Source of the DNA: Callorhinchus milii | Taxonomy: Eukaryota | DNA: 64,000 nt | Direction: 5' to 3' | NCBI RefSeq assembly: GCF_018977255.1 | Contig: NW_024704743.1 | Location: 113,090,001-113,154,000, forward strand | Part shown: piece after piece, positions 36,451 to 48,684 of the stretch | Position numbering within the stretch: the stretch's first letter is position 1 | Layout of the letters: the number at the start of each line of letters is the position of its first letter | The notes under the pieces: generated by a model | The model's input: only the letters and a program-made list of their open reading frames with translations | What the model was told of the DNA's origin: nothing | The model's database searches: none | Program-made: the position numbers and the translations under genes

Positions 36451-39400
36451 CAGAATTTTCTGTGGTGTGATAAGAAGCCCATATCACAATTTCATCTGAT
36501 AGTTGCAATTATGTTTCCAAAAAACATTTTTAACTTTCATTTTTACACACAGCCACAATTCAATGAAACGTAAAGCGGTTAGTGTTTAACTAAACCCTAG
36601 CACGTTCCAAGAAATTCAATAAAGATAAGTCAAAAGATAGATGTTCAACTGAAAAATCCAACAAAATATAATTCTGGATAGTTATTAGATCAGCAGTTGT
36701 TTTAAAGTCAATCTTCTTGTTCTGTAAGTGAGCCATTTCATGAAATCTTAGAATGTCAACAGTATGTAGGAAGGCCAATTAATCTTTACCAATCAAGCAG
36801 CCAAAAGTCAATACATTAGCTAACAGAGAGGATTTGGGCCTTTCTAAGCAAATAGACCTCGAAAAACTACAGTATTTTAAAAAAAACAGAGCCAGTGTAG
36901 GGCATAAATTTTAACAAATTTCTCGCTTCTGGGTAAAAATCTTTGTGACCCTAAGTTGACCAAATAATAATAAAAATCCTTTTATTTGATATAATGTCTT
37001 ATCACGTCTTCAATACGTCTCAAAGCACTTCACAGAATATACTGTAAAGTGAATTGACTGTATATTTTGTGGGCGACCAACCACTTAATGGGGCAATACC
37101 TGCTGGTGTTCCTAAACTATTATAAAAAAAATTAGGAAAGCTTTTAGAAATTTTACCCTAATATATTACACTTAACATGGCATTACACCATCTATTTTCG
37201 CTCCCACACTAGAAGCAGTTGTTAAACCAATGTCTTACTTACATTTTTGGTGAATATTCCAGTAATACTGGCAATTATGATGGTATTTCAGTTCCGTCCT
37301 TTAACATCAAAATGGTCTCATCTATGAAGCTGCCGTTGTCATGAGGTTGGCCCAGCAAGTTCATAGTAGACTACTTGCAAATTTTGACTACTTTGATGTT
37401 CCGACCTAGCTCTTCAGAAGACTGAGGTTATTGTTCTGATTACAAAGCAAACATTGAAATATGTCCCTTTGGCCTTTAGCTTACTATTTTTTTTACTGGT
37501 GTTCAGCTTACTATATTTGTAATGAATAATTTTCAGTCTGTTTTGGCTACAATGAGCCACTGAAAAAGTGAGGGCTTATACAGCACGCTAATTCATATCT
37601 TGTACACGATGCACAATGGAAACTATTATCAATAAAAAACAAGTTAAAAGATAGGATCATTTTGAATTGAAAAGTAACATTTCTAGTTAGAGAGACAAAG
37701 CCAACACAAATGAATCACAAAACCAAAAAGTGATTTCAAGTACAATTGTCATGTTAAGCAATACGTTTCTGAAAATTATTATCTGTAAATGAAAAGAAGG
37801 CTTCCCGTAAAACCTACTATTACTTTTCCGGGAAAAGTCAAACTGCAATAGGTACTGCCAAGTACAGTATGCATTAAAAGAACAAGCTGGCTAAACCGGT
37901 TTACCCATTTAGAATAAAACAGTTCTTTTTCAAGAGATTTTGACCCTTTGTGATACGGTACAGTAGTTACTTCTTTTATAAACTGAATATATTTAGTGCT
38001 CTTTTCCCTTTTCCCTCCCTAGTTGAGGCCAGAAAACTATAAACCATCTCAAAACAAGAACATTTCCCACCCAAAAAAGTATGCTGATTCAATGTAATTG
38101 GTATTGGAGTGGTATAGAGCTTCAACGTTTAAGTATCCTATGAACTGAATAGACCTCTAAAATGACAATGTTCAAGCACTGTGCTGAAATCATGTAACTG
38201 AAAAACATTTAATTATTTTTTCATAAAATATGCATCAATAGCAACACACCTACCACACTATAGTTACCGGGACTGAAAAAAACCAATGTTATGGTTAAGC
38301 AATCCCCAAAACTACCTTACACCAGACTTCCTCCCTGCACACCCAAATATTCCAGAGTAAAATCGTAGAATGGCCTTTTCCATGAATATTGATTCAAAGG
38401 AGGGTTAGAAAAAACTTGTTGTGACTCACGAATGAATAATGGCCAATCGGCCAAAGCGATATGGAGTCTGAGTGCAAATGTGGAACAGTACTTCAGTTGA
38501 AAGAAAGTAAAGCTCAAATGCATTCAAGAGAAAAGGGGAGGAGGGAAGGGAGACCATTTGAAAAAAGGATTTAAAAAAAACGTTGGAGATGAATAAACAT
38601 TTCTATGAGTTGACTTTTCCAGTTCCCATTTACGAAAACTATTTCACAAGTTTGCTACAGTGACACTTGTATCTCAAGTACAATTCCATTTATTGATGTT
38701 GGGGTCAAAGAGCAATTTGACCAGACGATATGACTGACAAGATGAATGCAACCATTCTGAAAAAAGCCCAGACCTAAAATTTCACACAGCGTTTACAAAT
38801 ACATGATACATTAGTCCCTCTCTGAGATTAGGGCTGGAAAAAGCACTCAACATAATAATAATCCTTGCATTTGATATAACGACTTATCACATGTTCGAGA
38901 CAGCCCAAAGCACTTCACAGAATATACTGTAAAGTGAACTGAATGTATATTTTGTGAGCGAAACATGGCATAACAACCAGAAACTGCATGCGCAACATAA
39001 GTAGATTTCTGCAAGGGAAGTCCTGCATATCACGCTGATTCACAAAACCTCTGCTCTGAGGCGAACTTGGATGGGAATAGAGGTCTCATCAGTCAGAGTT
39101 ATGTACATAGGTTAAAAACATAGTTAAGATTGGGAGTTATGACATACACTTTTCCAATCCCATAATAATTTTTAATGGTCCTTCAATACATAAATCACCT
39201 AAAAACACTACCAAAAAATGAATTTACTACCCAGGACAATCAAATAATGCAGGAAAACATCACTCAAGTACATAATTGGAGCTCCATTTGCATTAAAGAT
39301 CCACACACTCTTCCTAACCTTAGGGCCATCAAGTAAAATAATTAGTTTTGCATCTCTGCTCCTTCTACTTATCTTTAGCCTTAAGCCCACTGCTGCCCCT

Positions 39401-40652
39401 TCCAGATTACAGCTATCATAGCAATTTCACTTTAAAGACGGCTCTCATATTCTGAATAAAATAAAAATTTTTAAACAAACTTCCATTCAATTGACCGAGT
39501 TGTGCTTTTACTGCAGTAACTTATATTTGCACTTGCATCCGCTCACACATCACAAATGGTCATTGGAAACTGTCAACCTAACATTTTGGTGCTGCAGGAT
39601 ACCCATTGTGCTTGGTGATACAATAATAAAACTAATCCTTGCATTTGATACAGCGCCTTATCACGTTTTCAAGATGTCTCAAAGTGCTTCACAGAATATA
39701 CTGTTAAGTGAATTGACAGTATATTTTGTGGACGAAACCCAGCAGCCAATTGCGCACAGCAATGTCGCACAAACGGTCATGGATTGAAGTGACCAATTTT
39801 TTTTGGAAGAAATTGTTACACCCGGAAAAGTGATCCACCAATTGTCTTGACAACCGGGTTCCTACTTATTGCTAGGTAAACAGAGGAAACTTGCCCAACA
39901 TTTCACCCTGCCCGGGAATCAAACTTGTGAGGCGAGTGCTTTAACCACTGAGCTACAGGACTCCACAATACCTTCAATGAAACAGTAGAGACCTTCATTC
40001 AGTCTCTCGGCTAGGTTTCCTTATCAAATGTTCTTTTCTTGAATTTGTTGTTGTCTTCAAATTTAACTTGTTTTTCTCTGAATGTTTACTGGCCCTTCCC
40101 CAACAGAACAAAATTGAAATCTCTTCTTTCTGCTCTCTTTCCATTTTACCTGTTTTATTTCATTGTCCCCATGCCTTGGCTCTTGCCAACCTGCACCTAA
40201 TACTTCCCAGAATTAGGTAAGCAGGATACACCCCTCCAGGAAGAGAGTGCCCATGCCATTCCAACAATCTGTCTCTGGGATTTCCATGTGTAGGTGCGAT
40301 GCATAGAACTCTCAGTTTGGTTTGGAGACTCTTAAGCATGATGATGAGTTTAAGCATGTGTCAGAAACCTGGCTGACCCCCAAAAAATGATTTGCCCTCT
40401 TCCTTTCTCTTCAGTCTCTTCTAACCACAGGATAACAGCTGCTACCCCAGCACCACAGCCTTTTTTCTTCTCTCCATATCACTCAAGCCACAGAATTTCA
40501 GGCATAGTTTATCTTGTTGGTTCAGGAATTGCAGTAAATAAATAAAATTGTATCCCCCAGTTATGTAGAGTCTCCTGTTTGCCAACAAAACCTTCCCCAT
40601 TCTTTCCTAGCTGAGATCAATTTCCACAGTAGTGAAGAGCACTTTCTCACTC

Positions 40653-42710
40653 AACAACAACAACTTAGATTTATATAGCGGCCTCCACGCCGGACGGCGT
40701 CTTAGAGCGCTTCACAGTAACAGATCTCGGGGCCGAGCCAGGGGGAGGGAAGGAAAGTGGCCAAAGGCGCGGTCGAAAAGAAAAGTCTTCAGCCGAGATC
40801 TGAAAATAGGAAGAGAGGGGGCGAGGCGAAGGGAGTGAGGAAGGGAGTTCCAGAGCCTCGGGGCATAGTGGCTGAAGGCACGGCCGCCGAGGGAGGCGCA
40901 GAGGACTTGGGGGACGAGGAGGAGGCCAGACCCGGAGGAACGAAGGCAATGGGCACTGTTTTGAGGAGAGAAGAGGTCAGAGAAGTAGGGAGGTGCAGAG
41001 GAGTGGAGGGATTTGAAGACAAGGGTGAGGATCTTGAAGTCGATCCTCTCTGGGACAGGCAGCCAGTGCAGTCTGGCAAGTACTGGGGTAATCGGTGAGC
41101 GGAGTTTGGTACGGGTAAGAATGCAGGCGATAGAGTTTTGTATGATCTGGATTTTATGGATGGTAGTGGAGGGGAGACCGGCGAGGAGGGCATTTGAATA
41201 GTCCAGCCGAGAGGTGACAAAGGCATGGACCAGGGTTTTCGCGGCTTTTCAAGTGAGGTATTGGCAGAGATGGGCGATGCGTCGGAGGTGGAAGAAAACG
41301 GTGATGGTGAGGGACCGGATGTGGGGGAGGAAGGAAAATTAAGGGTCAAACCTGATACCTAGGTTGCGTACGGGTTCGGAGAGTTTTAGAGGGAGGTTGG
41401 GTAGGTGGAGAAGGTAAGAACCATGTGATTTTAGACGTCGATGAAAGCCAAAGAGTATGGCTTCCATCTTGTCAACTTTCAACTGAGGTGGATGATGGAG
41501 GAAAGGCAGTGGAGGATGGCGTGATCGACTATGACGAACGCGGCAGAAAGGTCCAGGAGGACAAGGAGGCAGAGGTAGTCCTGGTCACAGATAGAGAGGA
41601 TGTCATTTGTGACTTTCACATGTGCAGTCTCTGTACTGTGGGCAGGGCGGAAACCGGACTGGTGGGGTTTGAAGAGGGAGTGGGAGGAGAGATGTGCGTG
41701 AATTTGATTTGCAAACATGCGTTCTAGGACTTTTGCGAGGAAGAGCTGGTTTGAAATAGGGCGGTAGTGGCTGGGGTTTGAGGGATCTAGGGAAGATTTT
41801 TTGAGGAGGGGGGTGATGACAGCAGTTTTGAGGGGGGCAGGGACTGATCCAGAGACTGATTGATGACATCAGCCAGCAGTGGGCAGAGGAGGGGGAGCTG
41901 CGTGACCAGCAAGTTGGTGGGGAGGGAGTCGAGGCAGCAGGTAGTGGGTTTCATTGAGGTGATGGTGGATGAAAGGGAGGAGGGAGAGATGGGGAAGAAG
42001 GAATATAGGATGGGGGTCATGCTAGGAGCTGATGATGGGGAGGGTGAGGGGGACAGAGGGGGTGGTGGTGGGTGACAAGAGGCAGGCAGATGAGGCTGCC
42101 TAGCAGATGTTGTGTATTTTGGATGAAAAGAAGTCCATGACCTCCTCGCACTTGGCATTGGATGTGAAGATTGAGGAGGCCTGAGGGGGCGCACGGAGGA
42201 GGTAGTGGGTGGTGAAAAAAAGGATTTTAAGATTATTTTTAGCCTTCAAGATGATGTTGGAGTAGAAGGCTGTTTTTGCATGCGTCAAAGAACGGTGGTA
42301 GATGTGGAGATGTCAGTCTAGTTTTCTGCCATCTGCGTTCGAGCAGCCGGATTTGGGTTTTTAGGCAGCGGAGATGGTTGTTATACAAGGGGGATCGGGT
42401 GGGTTTGGCGATGGTCCTGGATTTCAGGGGGACGAGGGAGTTGAAGGCGGAGAAGAGGCAATCATGGAGCAGCTGGACGGCTGCTTCAGGATCTCCGCGG
42501 GTGGAAGCCAGAGGGATAGGATATTTGATGAAGTGAGGGCCTTTGTGAGGGTTTCAGGGGGTAGCCTTTTTCATGGGTGGTAGATAATGGTCGAGGGCTT
42601 AGTGGAGGAGAGAGGGATGTGAGAGGAGAAAGAGATGAAGAAGTGGTCCGAGATGGCCCTGTCCACTATGTTAAGGTCGGAAATGTCAAGGCCGTGGGTG
42701 ATAACGAGAC
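40653..42710 (-). mobile_element. L2 LINE, ~2 kb 3' portion with internal deletions
   Basis: QSGFRPAHSTETA, LVLLDLSAAF, LDSLPT; 3' end …gctatataaatctaagttgttgttg. Confidence 0.92.
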
Positions 42711-43787
42711 TCAGCATACAATGTTTCAATTCTCCTTCACCAACAGCAGCTTTGAGTTCAGGACCAGCAAATACATCATGTTAATTGCTCAGGTATACTA
42801 CCAGTCAAACACAGATTCAGATGCTCTCATCTAACTCGTTTAATTTTTTAAATTGTAGATGTTTTCATTTTAAAGATTAAAAATACACAATTCTTTAGGT
42901 ATTGCAGTCAAATGATTTCTTAGAAGTCTATTTCAGATTACTTACAACACTCTGGTTATTGCTTTTCATTACCAATGTTACATATCCTTTAGGAAATATA
43001 ATTGATTCAACCCTGATATGCCACTGCTCTTTTTTCACCAGCAGAAACGGGAAACAGAAAGCACCTCATAATATACACAATAACAGCTGATTAAAAGACA
43101 AATTATAAATGTGCATAAGATCTCTCTGGTCTTTGAAAAGCGTCCATTAGTGAATGTCAGCTGATGAGAGGATTGGGCTCAAGAATGATGGTCCCCTGCA
43201 GTCAAAGAGCCCATCAACATTCAATGTCTAGGCTCACCCATGCAAAACCTGCATGTTTGCACCTCCTTAGTGAATCTCCTGTAGTTTGTTGCACAAAGAA
43301 GTGAAACAAACAGACTAGAAACATCAACCAAGGATAATTCCCTTAGTACTCAGCACTATAGTTGCTGGTCCATTACTAGACTGCTTTCCAATATTCATTT
43401 TAATTTTATGCATATTACATTGCACACTGTAAATTATTTGAGTAAATCTATTTCCAACGTTGAAACGAAAGAGTATCTGGAGGAAAGGATTTTACTTTGA
43501 AAGAGCCTGCTTCCATCCACCTATTTAATCATGCTTCTTTTGGACAATGATGCAATAAGCCACACACTCACCTATGCAGTGATAAATTGAAGCTTCTCAT
43601 TACACACAAAGATCCTGTCTATGAGGTACAGGTATAGGACAGCGTATGTCAAATTACATAAAGGAAGCCACATTTACATACAAGGATGCTCTGTACATTT
43701 GATATAGCGCCTTTCACGTCAGAAGGAGATCTCAAAATATTTCATAGGATTTACAGTGCTGTGTAGTGACTGTGTACTTTGCAGCCA

Positions 43788-44164
43788 ATAATAACAATCC
43801 TTGCATTTTAATAGCGCCTTATCACGTCTTTGTGATGTCTCAAAGCACTTCACAGAATATAGAGTGTATACCTGTAGAGTGAATTGACCTGTATATTTGA
43901 TGGGCGAAACATGGCAGTGAATTGCGCACAGCAGTGTCCCACAAACAGTCGTGGATTGAGTGACCAAATTTTTTTTGAAGGGATTATTAATCCCTGAAAA
44001 GCTATCCGCCAATCCACTAACAACTGGGTTCCTACTTACTGCTAGATGAATAGAGGCGTGTGGAGTAAGAAAACTTGCCCAATGTTTCGACTTGCCCGGG
44101 AATCAAACACAGGTCCTTTCACTTGCAAGGCGAGTGCTCTAACCACTAAGCTACAGGACTCCAC
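43788..44164 (-). mobile_element. tRNA-derived SINE, long subfamily (others: 39622-39966 -, 62655-63022 +, 48085-48425 -, 3941-4120 + head only)
   Basis: Same A/B-box head and (ATT)n tail plus an extra internal segment cctct…tagcagtaagtaggaacc…ttggcggat. Confidence 0.88.
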
Positions 44165-44534
44165 AATTTTCACATAGCATTGTTTTATACACAGCCATAA
44201 AGTGAATGATTAATTTTATCTGGAGGATTTTTGGGCAAGCAACCCAAACTCCCGCTTTAGGGATGTAGAATCAGAAAGCTCAACTATTAATAGTTGCACA
44301 GATAGGGCAGAGAATATGCAGCAAACCTAGGTTAGCCAAATGGGGGGACACACAGATGTTAGATAAATAGAGAGGTGCATGGAGGAACTTATCGGTGAGC
44401 GTGAGGACACTGCAAACTGTGAGCCGGGCTGAAATACAGGGACAGGCCACATACTGTGAGGTACATGGATGAGACACGGGGACAGGCTGCAGGCTGTCAC
44501 ACTGTATGATATAAGGACAGATTGTCACACATCG

Positions 44535-46340
44535 CCAGATACAGGGACAGGCTGTAACGTGTCACACTGTGAGATACAGGGACAGGCTGTCACACACTGT
44601 GAGATACAGGGACAAGCTGTCACACACTGAGATAGAGGGACAGGCTGTCACACACTGTGAGATACAGGGACAGGCTGTCACACACTGTGAGATACAGGGA
44701 CAGGCTGTCACACACTGAGATACAGGGACAGGCTGTCACACACTGAGATAGAGGGACAGACTGTCACACACTGTGAGATACAGGGACAGGCTGTCACACA
44801 CTGAGATACAGGGACAGGCTGTCACACACTGAGATAGAGGGACAGACTGTCACACACTGAGATACAGGGACAGGCTGTCACACACTGAGATACAGGGACA
44901 GACTGTCACACACTGAGATACAGGGACAGGCTGTCACACACTGAGATACAGGGACAGACTGTCACACACTGTGAGATACAGGTTCAGGCTGTCACACACT
45001 GTGAGATACAGGGACAGACTGTCACACACTGTGAGATAGAGGGACAGACTGTCACACACTGAGATACAGGGACAGACTGTCACACACTGTGAGATACAGG
45101 TTCAGGCTGTCACACACTGTGAGATAGAGGGACAGACTGTCACACACTGTGAGATAGAGGGACAGACTGTCACACACTGAGATACAGGTTCAGGCTGTCA
45201 CACACTGTGAGATACAGGGACAGGCTGTCACACACTGAGATAGAGGGACAGACTGTCACACACTGTGAGATAGAGGGACAGACTGTCACACACTGAGATA
45301 GAGGGACAGACTGTCACACACTGTGAGATAGAGGGACAGACTGTCACACACTGAGATACAGGGACAGGCTGTCACACACTGAGATACAGGGACAGACTGT
45401 CACACACTGTGAGATACAGGGACAGACTGTCACACACTGAGATACAGGGACAGACTGTCACACACTGTGAGATACAGGGACAGACTGTCACACACTGAGA
45501 TACAGGGACAGACTGTCACACACTGTGAGATACAGGGACAGACTGTCACACACTGAGATACAGGGACAGACTGTCACACACTGTGAGATACAGGGACAGA
45601 CTGTCACACACTGAGATACAGGGACAGACTGTCACACACTGTGAGATACAGGGACAGACTGTCACACACTGAGATACAGGGACAGACTGTCACACACTGT
45701 GAGATACAGGTTCAGGCTGTCACACACTGAGATAGAGGGACAGACTGTCACACACTGAGATACAGGGACAGACTGTCACACACTGAGATACAGGGACAGA
45801 CTGTCACACACTGTGAGATAGAGGGACAGACTGTCACACACTGAGATAGAGGGACAGACTGTCACACACTGAGATACAGGGACAGACTGTCACACACTGA
45901 GATACAGGGACAGACTGTCACACACTGAGATACAGGTTCAGGCTGTCACACACTGTGAGATACAGGGACAGACTGTCACACACTGAGATAGAGGGACAGA
46001 CTGTCACACACTGAGATAGAGGGACAGACTGTCACACACTGTGAGATACAGGTTCAGGCTGTCACACACTGAGATACAGGGACAGACTGTCACACACTGA
46101 GATACAGGGACAGACTGTCACACACTGAGATACAGGGACAGACTGTCACACTGTGAGATACAGGGACAGACTGTCACACACTGAGATACAGGGACAGACT
46201 GTCACACACTGAGATACAGGGACAGACTGTCACACACTGAGATAGAGGGACAGACTGTCACACACTGAGATACAGGGACAGACTGTCACACACTGAGATA
46301 CAGGGACAGACTGTCACACACTGAGATAGAGGGATAGGCT
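44535..46340. repeat. 28/30-bp minisatellite GAGATACAGGGACAGACTGTCACACACT(GT), ~60 copies
   Basis: Directly visible tandem array. Confidence 0.98.
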
Positions 46341-46344
46341 GTAA

Positions 46345-46850
46345 CCGGGAGTGAAACCAACACATGAGCGGGAAGCTGTGGCGGGGCCCGGACGTCCCTG
46401 TAGTCTGTTTAGGCCCCGCAACCTGGACCGGGGGGGGCGTGAAACCAGCCAACCCCGGGTGTGGTGGACATTGTCACCTGGTGGTACACACGGCGAGGAC
46501 TGGGGGTCCCGGGCACTGCCGCTGCTCCTCCCTTTCCTCCCTCGCCCCCTCCTCCATTTTCCTCCCTCGCCCCCTCCTCCATTTTCCTCCCTCGCTTCCT
46601 TTGCTCCTCCGCCCCTCTCCTCCTCCTCCTCCTCTTCTGACCTTTGCCGTTTCTCAATGACCGTTAGGATAGGCCCCTAATACATCCTCGGGACGGGGGG
46701 GGGTCGGGGAGACGTTTCATTACCTGACGGCGGCGCCGAGTGAAGTGGGCGCTCGAGCGGCTGTGGCCGCGCGCGGTGGTGGGGGGGTCCAGGGAGTGCA
46801 GTGCAGTGCTGTCCAACCGGTCCAGCGCGCGTGGGGCCACCTGAGCACAC
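46345..46850. promoter_or_regulatory. CpG island / probable promoter-first exon region of SUR-like gene
   Basis: Dense CpG (cggcggcgccgag, gccgcgcgcgg, cagcgcgcgtgg) in an otherwise CpG-depleted AT-rich background. Confidence 0.7.
46724..46850 (-). other. Putative non-coding first exon of the SUR-like gene
   Basis: The start-codon exon begins with an acceptor, so an upstream exon is needed; this CpG-rich, ATG-free segment ends in CAG|GTAATG on the minus strand. 5' boundary is a guess. Confidence 0.6.
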
Positions 46851-46856
46851 ACACAC

Positions 46857-48022
46857 CTGCAGCCCCTGCACCCTCTGCAACTGCAGCCCCTGCACCCTCT
46901 GCAACTGCAGCCCCTGCACCCTCTGCAGCTGCTGCCCCTGCACCCTCTGCAACTGCAGCCCCTGCACCCTCTGCAGCTGCTGCCCCTGCACCCTCTGCAA
47001 CTGCTGCCCCTGCACCCTCTGCAGCTGCGGCCCCTGCACCCTCTACAACTGCAGCCCCTGCACCCTCTGCAGCTGCAGCCCCTGCACCCTCTGCAGCTGC
47101 ACCCTCTGCAACTGCAGCCCCTGCACCCTCTGCAGCTGCACCCTCTGCAACTGCTGCCCCTGCACCCTCTGCAACTGCTGCCCCTGCACCCTCTACAACT
47201 GCAGCCCCTGCACCCTCTGCAACTGCAGCCCCTGCACCCTCTGCAGCTGCAGCTCCTGCACCCTCTGCAGCTGCGGCCCCTGCACCCTCTGCAGCTGCGG
47301 CCCCTGCACCCTCTGCAGCTGCGGCCCCTGCACCCTCTGCAACTGCGGCCCCTGCACCCTCTGCAACTGCGGCCCCTGCACCCTCTGCAACTGCGGCCTC
47401 TGCAGCTGCGGCCCCTGCACCCTCTGCAGCTGCGGCCCCTGCACCCTCTGCAACTGCGGCCCCTGCACCCTCTGCAACTGCTGCCCCTGCACCCTCTGCA
47501 GCTGCGGCCCCTGCACCCTCTGCAACTGAAGCCCCTGCACCCTCTGCAACTGCAGCCCCTGCACCCTCTGCAACTGCTGCCCCTGCACCCTCTGCAACTG
47601 CGGCCTCTGCAGCTGCGGCCCCTGCACCCTCTGCAGCTGCGGCCCCTGCACCCTCTGCAACTGCGGCCCCTGCACCCTCTGCAACTGCGGCCTCTGCAGC
47701 TGCGGCCCCTGCACCCTCTGCAGCTGCGGCCCCTGCACCCTCTGCAACTGCGGCCCCTGCACCCTCTGCAGCTGCGGCCCCTGCACCCTCTGCAACTGCT
47801 GCCCCTGCACCCTCTGCAACTGCAGCCCCTGCACCCTCTGCAACTGCAGCCCCTGCACCCTCTGCAACTGGGGCCCCTGCACCCTCTGCAACTGGGGCCC
47901 CTGCACCCTCTGCAACTGGGGCCCCTGCACCCTCTGCAGCTGCGGCCCCTGCACCCTCTGCAGCTGCGGCCCCTGCACCCTCTGCAGCTGCGGCCCCTGC
48001 ACCCTCTGCAACTGCAGCTGCT
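46857..48022. repeat. 24-bp minisatellite CTGCAGCCCCTGCACCCTCTGCAA, ~48 copies with some 15-bp variants
   Basis: Directly visible; explains the [16 protein letters not shown] and LQRVQGPQ ORFs. Confidence 0.98.
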
Positions 48023-48684
48023 GCTCTGCTCTGGTCACTGCCCTGTCCTTTGCACCTCTGTCTCCCGACGTGTGCAGTGCAACAATCATCATCAACTTGC
48101 GATTTGACATCGCCCGCGCCTTCGAGGCGTCTGGCGGGACACTCTTGTCAAGCGGCGTACTGACTTATGTATGTTTTTTCGGAGGGTGAAACGCGGCAGC
48201 CAATTGCGCGCAGCAGGGTCCCCACGATCAGTCGTGGATGTATCGAGTGACCGCATTTTTTTTCGAGGGTTTATTAACCCCCGGAAAAGCGATCCGCCTG
48301 TCCACTAACAACCGGGTTCCTACTGGCTGCTCGGTGGATAGAGGCGTGTGGAGTAAGGAAACTTGCCCAGAGTTTCCTGGCCGGGAATTGAACCCATGTT
48401 CTCTCGCTGAGCAGAGACACTGAATCCATGCACCCACCCACCCACACACACACCTGCAGGCACTGCTCCCTCTGCTCTGCTCATTGCCCTATCATTGTAC
48501 AACTATCTCCAACATATACAGTGCAATAGTAATCATAATAATAATAATCCTTGCATTTGATAAAGCGCCTTATCACGTCTTCGAGACATTCTCACGGGAC
48601 ACACTGTAAAGTAAATTGACTGTATATTGCGGATGAAACGCGGCAGCCAATTGCCTACAGCAGCGTCCCCATAAACAGTCGTGA

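Noticed and set aside
44535..46340. CRISPR-like array, or RAG recombination signals (CACTGTG heptamers in the 30-bp units)
   Set aside because: No unique spacers and a eukaryotic context; no nonamer at 12/23 bp and no V/D/J segments.
46745..48163. 472-aa Ala/Pro/Thr ORF (mucin- or antifreeze-glycoprotein-like) and 242-aa Cys-rich metallothionein-like ORF
   Set aside because: Both are translations of the 24-bp minisatellite. They start at GTG and have no signal peptide, and several frames on both strands are open because the unit lacks stops. The 9-bp indels follow the internal CTGC periodicity.
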